NCBI GenBank assembly: GCA_025201805.1
Contig: MU619275.1
Location: 181,993-233,698, forward strand
Direction: 5' to 3'
Source of the DNA: Parasitella parasitica NRRL 2501
Taxonomy: Eukaryota; Fungi; Mucoromycota
DNA: 51,706 bases
In this document: in pieces, positions 1 to 11,779 of the stretch
How positions within the stretch are numbered: position 1 is the stretch's first letter
Layout: each line of letters begins with the position of its first letter
Notes under the pieces: model-generated
Seen by the model: only the letters and a program-made list of their open reading frames with translations
What the model was told of the DNA's origin: nothing
The model's database searches: none
Position numbers and translations under genes: made by a program

Positions 1-445
1 TCCCTCCTTTCATCCTTCCGCTACTCAGTTCTTAAAATGCAATCAGAAGATGTTCTGTTTTCATCTTCTGCGTAATTGACACAGTTTTAGATGCAGTTTA
101 TATTTTTTTCTCTCTTCTCCTCACTCTATTATCTTACATTTATTTTATCTTTACCGTTTCAGTATAATTACCCTTATCCATATTTTCACATTGTTGAGCA
201 CCGCTTCTGATGGTCTGTAAGTCCATCTTTACCTGCAACAAATAGAACTCTTTTTAAAAAAAAAAAAAAAAAATTTGGTAGCAACACAACATGGCTACTG
301 ATGAAATGATCACTTTGAAAATCAAATGAGTCTGCACCTGCCATTCTTTTGTATGCGCGCTGCTCCTAATAACTTGCAAAACTCTACAGCAGAAATGCAT
401 TTTGCTAGGCAACAGATATCTGATGGTTATTCATTGTTGCATCTA

Positions 446-987
446 AATCCGTAACGTATCCTTATCGTATCCATAAAAATATCCGTATCATGTATTTAAA
501 TTCGTATCGTATCCTTATCGTATCCATAAAATATCCGTATCATGTATTTAAATCCGTATCGTATCAGTATCGTAACCGTATCGTATCCANNNNNNNNNNN
601 NNNNNNNNNNNNNNNNNNNNNNNNNNNNNNNNNNNNNNNNNNNNNNNNNNNNNNNNNNNNNNNNNNNNNNNNNNNNNNNNNNNNNNNNNNNNNNNNNNNN
701 NNNNNNNNNNNNNNNNNNNNNNNNNNNNNNNNNNNNNNNNNNNNNNNNNNNNNNNNNNNNNNNNNNNNNNNNNNNNNNNNNNNNNNNNNNNNNNNNNNNN
801 NNNNNNNNNNNNNNNNNNNNNNNNNNNNNNNNNNNNNNNNNNNNNNNNNNNNNNNNNNNNNNNNNNNNNNNNNNNNNNNNNNNNNNNNNNNNNNNNNNNN
901 NNNNNNNNNNNCCGTATCATGTCTCTAAATCCGTATCGTATCAGTATCGTAACCGTATCGTATCCATAAAAATATCCGTATCATGTC
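446..987 (+). repeat. GTATC-rich tandem array (52-64 bp units built from CGTATC/CCGTAT motifs), interrupted by an N-gap
   Basis: Unit CCGTATCATGTCTCTAAATCCGTATCGTATCAGTATCGTAACCGTATCGTATCCATAAAAATAT; unit starts at 483/535 (52 bp apart) and 912/976 (64 bp apart). N-gap 590-911. Confidence 0.95.
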
Positions 988-1116
988 TTTGTAGATGGAT
1001 TAGCTCGGCCGATTTTTACTAAGCATACTCAAAATTTTAACTCGTAATATAGTAGGGCTCAGCTCAGTGTGAATTGAATTTGAGGAAAGTATTTTTTTCA
1101 TACAATGTACAAAAGC

Positions 1117-1689
1117 CATGGATACGGGTACGATACGGTTACGATACGGCTATTTTTATGGATACGATACGGTTACGATACTGATACGATACGGATTTAG
1201 AGACATGATACGGCTATTTTTATGGNNNNNNNNNNNNNNNNNNNNNNNNNNNNNNNNNNNNNNNNNNNNNNNNNNNNNNNNNNNNNNNNNNNNNNNNNNN
1301 NNNNNNNNNNNNNNNTTATGGATACGATACGGATACGATACTGATACGATACGGATTTAGAGACACGATACGGCTATTTTTATGGGTATGATACTGATAC
1401 GATACGGATTAAGAGACATGATACGGAAATTTTTATGGGTATGATACGGATACGATACTGATACGATACGGGTACGATACTGGTATGATACGGGTACGAT
1501 ACTGGTATGATACGGGTACGATACTGGTATGATACGGGTACGATACTGGTATGATACGGGTACGATAGTGTTATGATACGGATTTAAAGACACGATACGG
1601 ATACCGATACGATACTGATACGATACCGATTTAGATACATGATACGGCTATTTTTACGGATATGATACGGATTTAGAGACATGGATACG
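1117..1689 (-). repeat. GATAC-rich tandem array, reverse complement of the 446-987 array
   Basis: Same 64-bp unit in the opposite orientation (starts 1143, 1207). Includes 4 perfect copies of the 22-mer GATACGGGTACGATACTGGTAT at 1465-1552. N-gap 1226-1315. Confidence 0.95.
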
Positions 1690-2155
1690 AATGAAACATA
1701 ACTCCTCAGCTGTATCTTTCATTGATTTGTTAAAACCATTTTGCTAATCAAGTCTGTACCTATACGGATATCTGAATACTTTTACATGAGGGAATGTTCA
1801 TGAATCTATTATATATTAGTATACCTTTTTTGTTGCCCTCACACAATGATTAAAGTGAAAAGTATCGTATCGCTAATGACATCCAAAAAAGCTATTGGCG
1901 TCACGGATACGTCAAATAAAATTGTGGTGGTAGTGTTTGGTTGGAAAGATTATAAGAGATAAATAATAAAGGTATTATTTAGAGTAGAGAAAATATTCAA
2001 CTAGACCAAGTCATTTCAGATGTTTGAAGAATTATACAGTACGCCATATTTATAAGAACACCGATTATCGAATGACGACGTATGGCTACGGATAGAATAT
2101 TCTTTTTTTCTCAGTTCCTTTCACTAAAGTATTATGGTGTTTTTGTGAGAAAGCA

Positions 2156-2804
2156 ATGTGCGATTATACTGGTAGGTTTGTTACAGTTTAGAAATGTTAA
2201 TATTTTCTCTCTCTTACATCCATAATAATATTTTAGAAGAAGATCAACATTGTCATGATTTTGCTGTACCAACTGAGTATTATCCTGGAATTGACTTGAT
2301 TAGCAAGATCATTTTGACTGACGAACAAATCCTTGACAATATAACAGCAAGTCTTGTTAAAGCACCAAAAGGTTCATATTATATTGAGCCTTTAGAGTTT
2401 ATACATAAACATGTATTTTCTGTCCTATATGTTCCGTGTAATCTTCCAAATAATTCACCTCCCATAGTTATCAACACTATTGAGACTTTTGACGACGCAA
2501 AATTTAATCAAATCATCCAACAATGCACCAACGTTTTCGAACTATATAATATTGCCCCTATCTGCGTGATTATTGTTGCCCAAGAACTTGATGAGAGCAA
2601 CGTTGAAGTAAGCTCGTGAATCAAGAGCTCTCATTCCTAAGAGAAATACCATGTGCATTTTGGGCAAAGCAGTGTTTATTAGTTTCATCGAAGGATAGTA
2701 GGATCAACAAAAGTAAACTAAAATATCACCCTTTATTGGAAATTATCATAGCTATTACAAGCAATGACAAAGCCATATTATGTAATAATGACTTGAATGA
2801 TTAA
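2156..2804 (+). pseudogene. Truncated paralog of the adjacent Rpn-like PD-(D/E)XK protein with substituted catalytic residues and a frameshift near 2610
   Basis: ATG 2156, phase-1 intron 2172-2236. YPGIDLISKIILTD, VLYVP..PPIVI and IPCAFWAKQCL align with RPGTDLISKMVLTD, VLYAP..PPVLI and IPCIGWAKRCL of 2845-3975. Catalytic D is replaced by S and EVQ by NTI. Frame switch between ORFs 2194-2619 and 2616-2804. Confidence 0.75.
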
Positions 2805-2844
2805 ATGGTACTCTTTTTAACGACAGTAATAAAATATTTTTTCT

Positions 2845-3975
2845 TCATTTAAAGGATCTGTTATAGTGGCATCTTAAACTTTCCCTAGTTTTAAAATGCT
2901 TGATTATTTTTATGTCATCAAGATGCCCTTGCTCAAAGCACTTCTTCCAGCTGATTCTTCCTGATTCGATACTTTTGAATCGTTGTACAAATTGGTGCAG
3001 TTCTGCTTTATTCCTCTCGTCATTGAAATCAACAGAGTTTGTGAGCTTCCTGTTTTTGTTTAAATAGACCAAGGGAGGAGCTTCTTCAATGGGTGTTGTT
3101 CCTATAGCTTCGCAGTATTTTCTTTTTTGTCGTTGTAAGAATCCTAAAGCATCGTCCGTATAGCTTAATGCCTTTTCAATTTCTCCATTTTCGAGGCACC
3201 TTTTTATCTTGTGGAGTTGAATTTGACTACTGGTACATATGTTGCTAATTGCTTCCAACTTTTCATCTTCTTCTCCACTCAGTTGCTCAAGATTGGCGTG
3301 TGCAATCGAATACAGCAATCTCACCCATTTGTCATTTTTTCCATAATCCAATGTACTCAATGACAATGATTGTGAGCAAATGAAGTGACCTAATGCTTGC
3401 AAAGGATGTAATTCTTCATCGGTGTTGTGTTCGTTTACTTTTAATGTTGAAGATGTCAGTACTAGGCATCGTTTTGCCCAACCTATACATGGTATGTGCC
3501 TGGCGAAGAGAAAGTCGCTATTCGGTGCCGTCAGGCTCATAAATTGCGCAGTGGCACTTGCGACTCCAATTATCACTAAAATAGGGTGTTTCTTGTATTT
3601 TTCGTATATGAGTGTACTGTAATGAATAGCGCGTACCAAGAATTTTTCATCCACTTGATTTTGAACTTCAATAAGTACAGGCGGAAATGCACTTAAAGGA
3701 TCGTGAGGAGCATAAAGGACATCGCATTTGTTTTTGTTTATAAACTCTGTTGGTGTTACAGCATAGTGGTCTTCTGCCACTTCTGGTACGAGAACTTTTA
3801 TAAGCATGTTGATGGTTTGAGTGTCGGTTAAAACCATTTTACTGATCAGATCAGTTCCTGGTCTGTAGTTGTATGGTAGAGCGCAATTAGTATAGTCTAA
3901 AAAGTTATATAAGAAAGTATTTACAACTCTATAGTATATTCGCTTACCATTTTCAATATTGAAATAGTCAGACAT
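2845..3975 (-). CDS. PD-(D/E)XK nuclease-fold protein, Rpn/YhgA-like motif pattern, with a possible C-terminal Myb/HTH-like module
   Basis: Intact ORF with DLISK...KCDVLY...VLIEVQNQVDEKFLVRAIHYSTLIYEKY..PILVII, matching the D...IExQ...R...Y pattern of Rpn-type nucleases. Likely 51-nt in-frame GTAAGC..TTTAG intron after MSDYFNIEN. Confidence 0.75.
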   Translation of the reverse strand: MSDYFNIENGKRIYYRVVNTFLYNFLDYTNCALPYNYRPGTDLISKMVLTDTQTINMLIKVLVPEVAEDHYAVTPTEFINKNKCDVLYAPHDPLSAFPPVLIEVQNQVDEKFLVRAIHYSTLIYEKYKKHPILVIIGVASATAQFMSLTAPNSDFLFARHIPCIGWAKRCLVLTSSTLKVNEHNTDEELHPLQALGHFICSQSLSLSTLDYGKNDKWVRLLYSIAHANLEQLSGEEDEKLEAISNICTSSQIQLHKIKRCLENGEIEKALSYTDDALGFLQRQKRKYCEAIGTTPIEEAPPLVYLNKNRKLTNSVDFNDERNKAELHQFVQRFKSIESGRISWKKCFEQGHLDDIKIIKHFKTRESLRCHYNRSFK

Positions 3976-5209
3976 TATTCCTGAAATTCAGAAAGAATAA
4001 AGAAACGTATCGTATCCGTATCCGTATCGGTACCCTTATAAAAAAGACTGACTTTTATTTCTGGTTTCAAAAAAAAGTGTTTCCCATTAAGACTAATATA
4101 TCAGCGTATATTGCGAGGGGTAAAGTTGTAAAGAATTGTTATGGAGACGTTCAAGTTAAGAAAAGAGTCAATATGTTGATTTAAAAATGTACTTTTACTT
4201 GGCATTTATCATAATTATGTTAAACAAGAGGGCTAACTGCGATGATGATCACTTTTTTAATAGCACTTTCCCACTTTTACGTGATTTTTTCTGTCCAAGC
4301 AATTATATTTATAAGCAACATGATGCAAATTCACTTGTACGCATATTGGATGAAATTAGCATGCCTATTTTTACATGCAAGGTTGATTTACATACGCCTT
4401 ATTTCTTTGCTAACTCGAATTTATTTTTTATTTTTTACGGCTAACAAATAAGACTTGCCATTTTTGATCTGATGTTGACAGATGGCAGCTGCAAATAAGA
4501 CGTAAGTCCCATTATTTACTGTAGTTTTAAACTTTTCATGTTGTTCTATTCAATTGCCTCAAGCAAAGCATGCTTGTGAAATTAATTCAGATGTGAATAA
4601 ACGTTTTTCGAAGCTAAATTTTGCAATACGCATAGTGTTTGCCTTGATCGTTTGCCAACGCCTGAGAATTGTAGACGTTACAAATACAATAAAGAGTATA
4701 GTGTGGTTCCAATAAATAGAAAATTTGATTTTATGAGGAAAAGTCAGAACAAATTATGTAGAGAAAGTTTAAATAAATAATTTCTATGCAGACATTTAGC
4801 ATGTAGAATTGTTTAGTCTTTATATTTATCATATAAGAAAGCGTTTGCCTGAAAATTGATTTAGTCAAAATCATCAATTTTCCTTATAGTAACACGCTTC
4901 AAATCAACGAAGAATACTACCCTCAAATAAATAACTCAGAGTGTGTTAACTTTATGCACTCTGAAATATCAGATCTTGTGTTTACGCCTCGTGTCCATGG
5001 CTGTAAATTCATATCCGTATCCGTATCGTAATCATGACTGTAGTTATTATTTCGCTAGACGTTTTCATAGTGGTAGCTAAAGTCGGTTTATTATTTGATA
5101 TTGACTACAGTTTGTACTAGCCTCATACCAACATAGAAAAACTCTAGTAAAAATGACGCTCATACTTCTTATTTGTGTTTAATTTGAATAGAGTGTAGTT
5201 TTCGTGGTT

Positions 5210-5830
5210 AATAAATATTTCCCTTTCCATCTACGTAAACCACACTACTTGTTAGATGTGCAAACATGTCTTTCGATTCGAGTCCATATGTTCCATCGTG
5301 ATTTCTAAATTAGGGAATACATTTAGGAGGGTTTGAAGTGTATTGAAGAGCATATTGTGGCTTTCAACGGAAGATTGCTACTTTAAATGATGAAGAGTCT
5401 ATGCCAGCATTTACAAGCTACATGGGACGTAATATGGGCTCAAGTAGATGAAGGCACAGTTTGTTGAAATTGTTTAAATGTCAATTTGAAATGGATGATT
5501 TATTCAGTCGCAAAGACTTTTGAGCTCGCAAATTTTTATACAACATACCAGGTGTCAAGAAATCGTTTAAACAAACGATATTCTATCACAGGTAAGCAGT
5601 TTTTCATTTTTTTGCAAATAATGTAAATGGAGTTTCGTCTGCGAACGGATCGTTCAAATGTTGAAGAAAGACAAAAGTCTTTCTTTAAAATCAGGATTCG
5701 CTGTCTGACAAAACGTGGTTTATATTCGAGGACTGAGTGACTGAAGGTACCATGGAATAAAGTACAAATAGTTAAAGAGTCTCGTTGTGTTAAAGAAGAA
5801 GGCGTTGCCAACAAAAATTTTCACAGCTTT
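5210..5830 (-). mobile_element. Possible highly degenerate non-LTR (L1/Tx1-like) retrotransposon 3' fragment
   Basis: Broken minus-strand translations such as IFVGNAFFFN and SHVACKCWHRLF resemble the region around zf-RVT; many stops and frameshifts. Confidence 0.25.
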
Positions 5831-6150
5831 TATAGCAATTCAAACCAAAATGACTGTTAATCTTGGCTTTCCAATGTACGACAGACATCTACATGGATGG
5901 AAAATGCCATGATAGGGTGCATGTACACACCTGCAGCGCATGCCAGTGAGCACATTGTAAAGATCTTTACTTGCAAAGAGCAAAATCATCAGATCTGGTG
6001 AGATTGCTCAGCAGTGAATGCTTGGTTTCTGTTCAAAGCTGTTGTAGTGTTTCGAAAACAAATACAGAAAAAAAAGGGGGATTAAAAAGCGAGAGTACTT
6101 TGGCCTGCCTAGCCAAAACAGTTTACCTTTTTTATATTCTTTGTTCAAGC

Positions 6151-8735
6151 ATGACATTAGAGGATCAAAAGGAAGACAAACAGCCGCTGCTCGATGAAAA
6201 CGAAGGACAAGAGGCCTTCACAACAACTGCAAAGAGCTCCTTTCCTCCCATTTCGAAGCAGCAATCAGCACTACCACAACCACAACCACAACCACAACCC
6301 ACAGCCACGATTTCTACCGAGCAAGCAACAGCCGAGATAGCAACTGGAAACACGGAATGTAAGTTGTTTGTTTTTGGACGGCAAACCATAGCATCGCTAA
6401 TGCTGCTTTTCTAGCTGCAAGTATATTCGATGCAGCTCAGAGGGGCTCTTTCCAAACTATACAATACCTACTAGATAACAAAATAGCGAGCGTTAATGAC
6501 GTGGATAACCAAGGCGCTACCGCACTGCATTACGCTACTCTCGCAAACAACGATGTGTGTGTCAAATATCTGATTGATAGGGGAGCTGTTGTCGACGCAC
6601 CTGCGGGCGATTTGCAGGCAACGCCTTTACATTGGGCCAGCAGACAAGGCCGTTTGGGCGCCGTCCATCGTCTGATTAAAGAAGGAGCAGATCCCTCGCT
6701 CAAAGACGGCCAAGGCTTCAACGCACTGCACTTGGCTGTACATTCATCTCATGCCATGCTAGTGCTGTATTTGCTGTATTTGGATATCGAAATTGATGTC
6801 GCGGATAATGTGGGCGGCCACACACCACTCATGTGGGCTGCTTATCAAGGACACTCACAGTCTGTCGATTTACTTCTCAAGTTTGGAGCCAGTGTCACAG
6901 CTACCGACCATTCCCAACTAACACCACTTCACTGGGCTGTCGTTCGAGGCAACAAGATGTGCATCCGCAAAATGCTGGAATATGATGCTGATGTGAATGC
7001 TCGCGACCAATCTGGGAAATCTGTCATGGATTTTATCCACGAAAAAAAGTTTGATCGCACCTGGGATAGGGCTGTATTGGAGTTTGATGTTTTGGCTGAA
7101 GGCAACGCTGCTCAAGAAGCACGAGTTGGGAAATATCCCGGATCAAACGGGAAACCACTGCCAAAGGTAAACTACCCCACATATACATGTATAAAAGAAA
7201 AGAAAAGTCTGGACGATGGTAGCTGACATTCCCACAGCGTGCAGTAAACACGGTGGCATATTTAGCCCCGTTCTTTACGTTGGGATTAGCTTTGAAGTGT
7301 CTTGCCATGTTTCCGTGGTATGCTGGATTGCCACTGGCCATCATGACGTTTGCAGTTACACACATTGGCATTGTTAAATACCTGGTTCAAGTGCCTAGCC
7401 ATGATGCTGTGTGGAAAACACCTTATTTCTCAAGCATATTCCAATCTTCTGCATTTTGGGTGGTCGTAACATGGATGTTTGTCCTTTTGCCTTGTACGTA
7501 GAATCGACCCAGGACAATCCTAATCTCTTTTACTCACCCTTTTATTATGTGCTAGCGACTTCCCATCTCCTCTTTACTAATCTGATATTCTTAATCTCCT
7601 TTTTCATTGCCATGTTTTCGTTTTTCAAAGCGGTTTCGGCAGACCCTGGATTCATCAAAAAAGATCTATCGAGGGAAAAGCAGCATAGAGCAGTGGAGGA
7701 CTTGGTGGATCAAAATATGCTGGATGTTCGACACTTTTGTTTGACTTGCTTGGTAACGTAACATTGAACGGCTAAATAGATGTCAGGCTCATGATGCATG
7801 CAACGTATATTATAGATCAAAAAGCCATTGAGATCCAAACACTGCAAAGTGTGCAATCGCTGCGTCGCTAAATTTGACCAGTAAGTCACTAACTTTAAAC
7901 TTGTTGCGCTGCATGCACATTAAACTTCTGTCTATGATAGTCATTGCCCCTGGATCTTCAACTGTATTGGCGTTAATAACCACAGGCCCTTTTTACTTTT
8001 TTTAATCAACATGGTCATTGCCATTATAGCATTCTCTATGCTGTCCGTCAGTTGTAAGTTGACTGGTCGTGCACAAAAAAACTACCACATGATAGCTCAT
8101 CGATACTTCAAAATACAGACCTCTCTATTACTGCTCCCATTTACGATCATGGGCCTGACAGCACCTGTTTGTTGGGATCAACCATCTGTGGCTACTTTGA
8201 CTATGACACTTGGACATTAGCATTGACCATTTGGGTGCTTTTCCAGTTGACATGGTCTATCTTTTTATTAGGCGTTCAATCATACCAAGTGGCTGTTGGT
8301 ATAACTACGAATGAAAGTGCCAATGTGAACCGTTATTCCTACATGAACACTAACCAAGACATGATTACCAATTTGACTGTGGGTGGTATCGAAGGAAGCG
8401 ATGGTCCCTCTGCGGGTGCTGGTGGTGCTGGTGGTGCTGGTGGTGAGCACGGCCTCCATAACGGCCATGGACATAGACATGGACATGGCGGATTCTGTCC
8501 TTGTCTTCAGTTGGTCGCAGGTGCTCGAGCTTTACACAGAGCTCGCAACAGACGCAGCAATATGAACAAAGGTGGCAACGTCTTTGATCATGGATGTTGG
8601 AATAACTGCTTGGATTTTTGGTCTCCTGATGGAGGCGCATCAGGAAGCCTCAACTATCATGAAATTTATGATATCCATCAGATCAACTACAAACAAAAAC
8701 CTCACCATCGTCATCAACAAGCATTGGATGTATAA
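6151..8735 (+). CDS. AKR1: Ankyrin-repeat DHHC palmitoyltransferase (7 exons)
   Basis: Ankyrin repeats (TALHYA, TPLHWA, TPLMWA), TM helices, and the cysteine-rich domain [38 protein letters not shown] spanning GT-AG introns; TTNE motif. Confidence 0.95.
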
Positions 8736-8837
8736 TACTTGTAAAAATACCCATTTAAAATGTATTCAATAAAATACTGCGTAGCTTTTTATTTTTATTT
8801 TTTTTTCGTTTATTGGTCTTTATAATCTTGCTAGTCG

Positions 8838-10034
8838 TTACGTGGTTGTGTGCTGAGGTCGATAGGGTCTTTTTGGTGCTGTTAGTGTCGGGTCGTTGTT
8901 GAGGTATGCTGGTGTCGATGTTGTATTTCGGTACGTGCGATGAGATGATGTTGCTTTGGCCCATTTGCTCTCTTGGGTTCCTCCTGGCTGAAGTGCTGTT
9001 TTTCCGTCATTTCCTACCACACCGTCATCAATCATCATGTCGTAATCTTCATCCATTATGTTGCGTTGCTGCTGCTGCTGATATCTTTGTGGCTGCTGTT
9101 GTTGATATTGCTGTAGTAGTGCCGGTGGGTAAAAGTCGTCAACCTCCATTATATAATCCTCGCCCGATGCTGATGCTGTGGGTGCTGCTGGGTGCTGTTG
9201 TTGTCTCTGGTGATTCCATTGGTTAGTAGATCTAGATAACACTTTATTCAAAGAAATGGCTGCTGAAGCCTTGCCTATACGATTTAATAAGCCCTCCATT
9301 TTGGGAACTGATTCTGCCGAGATTGAATCCACATCATGAACCATCACTTTTATGCAGAGATTCCTGTCATTTGAAAGCAATGTCACTCTTTTCTGAGTTA
9401 ACTGTTGGAAATACAAGCAACAATCCAAAATACGATCATCGCCTTTGATATCTTCATTCTTAAGCATGTCTTCGCTCCACACTTCGTTCATTTTCTGCCC
9501 GCGTAACGAGATGGTCTTTTCTCGGAGACGCATTTCGATAAATCGCATCGCTTTCCTGGCGCCTGCGCTGATATCTGGGTTGCCTTGCTAAAAGCAGGTG
9601 AATTGAACGTCCATGTAGATTTCTGTGTGTATATAGACGCTATTACCTTTAATCCATCTAATTCTCGAATCACAACCCAAGGTAATAAAACCAACAAGCT
9701 CCCTGGGTTCTCTTCTGCCAAATCCAATATTGTATCCAAGTAGCCCAGCTTGGACAGTAAGAAGTTGGTATCTAAAATGCAGATTTCTTGAAATGATTCC
9801 AACACTATTTGTGTTGATTTAGTCTACACTCTTCTTTTTGTCTAGCCTTTCTATGATTATGTTACCACTCTGTTGCTCATTGGTTGTACATCTCAAGATG
9901 GCTGAGGCTTTGATGTCGTTTTTCTGGTGTGATCCAGAGTAACTCGCACGAATACTTGCAATTTGATCATTCACGTCTGCAATAAACTCTGGTCCGTCGA
10001 TATCCATGAATTCCATACCGTCGTTTCTACTCAT
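8838..10034 (-). CDS. SWT1: PIN-domain RNA endonuclease, SWT1-like (3 exons)
   Basis: ILDTNFLL, LPWVVIRELDGLK, GDDRILDCCLY and LLSNDRNLCIK PIN motifs, joined by canonical introns; Q-rich tail. Confidence 0.8.
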
Positions 10035-10194
10035 TTTTCTCTATTGGTGTTTGTCGGATGAGGAAACAAAAAGAGGCTTTGGAAATTGTTTGAAAAGAGA
10101 ACAATCTTGAAAAAGGGTGTTCTTATGGGATCTATACGACACTCACTGACTTGGTGCCATGATCATTACAATGTACCTTAATTGTTTATACTAA

Positions 10195-10520
10195 AGACAA
10201 GATCTCTTGCTACCGAGTTGTACTTGGATGAAGCAATGGATGGAGCGTCCAGAAGCTACTGTATTGAAATGGCAAGGTGATCGTCTATAATGGTTCAAAA
10301 TCATGGTAAAATGGTACAGTTCGCGACAGACTGGATTTTGAATTGGGTGGTGTTATAATGCACAGGGGGATGAAAAGTCTTATCTTCCAAGGTTGTCCCA
10401 AAGAAAGTCTTAAAAAATGTGGTTGAAGAACGACAGGTTGGCCAAACTTGGAGCGTCAAGGAACGCATAGATGTGAAGATATGCTCACTGGTTTTGTTTG
10501 ACAAACTGAGAAAAATCATA
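10195..10520 (-). mobile_element. Possible degenerate non-LTR retrotransposon C-terminal fragment
   Basis: Broken translation EHIFTS..QVWPT..TFFGT ... LDAPSIASS resembles the post-zf-RVT tail of L1-like ORF2. Confidence 0.25.
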
Positions 10521-11779
10521 CTTTTTCAGTTTTGTCATTAATCCAATGTGTTTACAATGAATAAAAGTCTTTGTTTTACTCTTTTCATGTTTTTTGGGGG
10601 GGGGGAGTTAGGCCCTGTTAATAAAGTTGCGGTGACAGCCAATTAACATAGTGAACAAAATGCATCTCTTGACATATGATTTGCATGTTAACGGTTAATT
10701 TTACATTTGCGATAATGTATATTTATATAAATGGAAATATTTATGAGTTTTGGGGCCAAATCTTACATGAAAGTTTATGGATCAGACTCTGTTCCTGCTC
10801 AGGTTAGTTTGCATCAATCTCATTTAAACATGTAAACACGGCTATACTTTTTTGTCTTATCCAATATTTTTTTAGAGAAGCCTTACTTCTCGGAGAGTAA
10901 ATTAACATTGGTAAGAGGTGTATGCCTCGTGGTATATTCTTGAAACACATGTATGCGATACAAGTTTGCATGATATATTTTAACATGTACGACAGCTTTT
11001 AATAATCGTGTATTACATTGTTTTGCATGCAAGGAGTTGATGTCCCACATTACAGATAAAAAGGAAGCCTTTCTTTGTATAATATGGAAATGTATCGTAA
11101 TCATTGAGGATTGATTGGGTCTTTTACTTGCTCGAGCAGACAAATCTATTGGAAATGCAAATTAAGGTTCTCCCTCTTCCCGCATGACATTGGGATTCAT
11201 GATCTCTTTAAATGCTCTGATGATTAAAAAAAAAAAAAAAAAGGCCCATTTTTAAAGCATTGTTGATTATTCCGAGGTTCTCACAGTACAAAGCTTGATA
11301 TATTTGTACAGACCTGATTTTATTCGGTTGATTTAGGCTTTAAATCAGATCCAATAGGATGCAGCATTTTTTGAAATTGTTGAAGATCGATTTTGGATAA
11401 GATCCGGTCATGTGAGTAAAAGAAACGACAATGTAATATCCATTATTCATTATCACTTTTTTTTTATTTTATATGTGGATATAAAAGTTTCCGCAATGTA
11501 ATACATGTACAGAACTGTGTGGTAAGCACAGAACCCGTATATTGTACGGTGAAAATCAACTCTGTGGGAATCAAGGTATAATGTTGAATGAACGTACTGA
11601 TGACAGGTTGTGTTTCATTTGAGATGCAATCATAGTATAAAAAAAAACTGTTGCTGGGCCCCGTTTCACAGGCTGCTGCTAAATTTACCTTCTAAAGATT
11701 TAGATTTATATCATCTAACTTGTCTCTCTTTTTCTTCCTCCTTCTTCCCTTTTCTCGTGGCACTAGATTCATCAGCATT

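Larger units (their letters stand above)
1113..5040. mobile_element. Putative non-autonomous DNA element (hAT-like subterminal repeats) carrying two PD-(D/E)XK paralogs
   Basis: Left end AAGCCATGGATACGGGTACGATACGG followed by the GATAC array. Opposite-orientation CGTATC clusters at 4007-4035 and 5012-5035. Imperfect inverted termini at 4987-5003 (rc CAGCCATGGACACGAGG) and 5015-5040 (rc CAGTCATGATTACGATACGG). No TSD or transposase found. Confidence 0.4.

Noticed and set aside
490-1593. ORFs over the repeat arrays and N-gaps
   Set aside because: These are translations of satellite sequence and Ns.
1117-1689. CRISPR or telomere interpretation of the GATAC array
   Set aside because: No unique spacers, no cas genes, eukaryotic context, internal position and heterogeneous units.
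4187-4451. Short overlapping ORFs inside the putative element
   Set aside because: No recognisable motif; could be a gene relic but cannot be supported.
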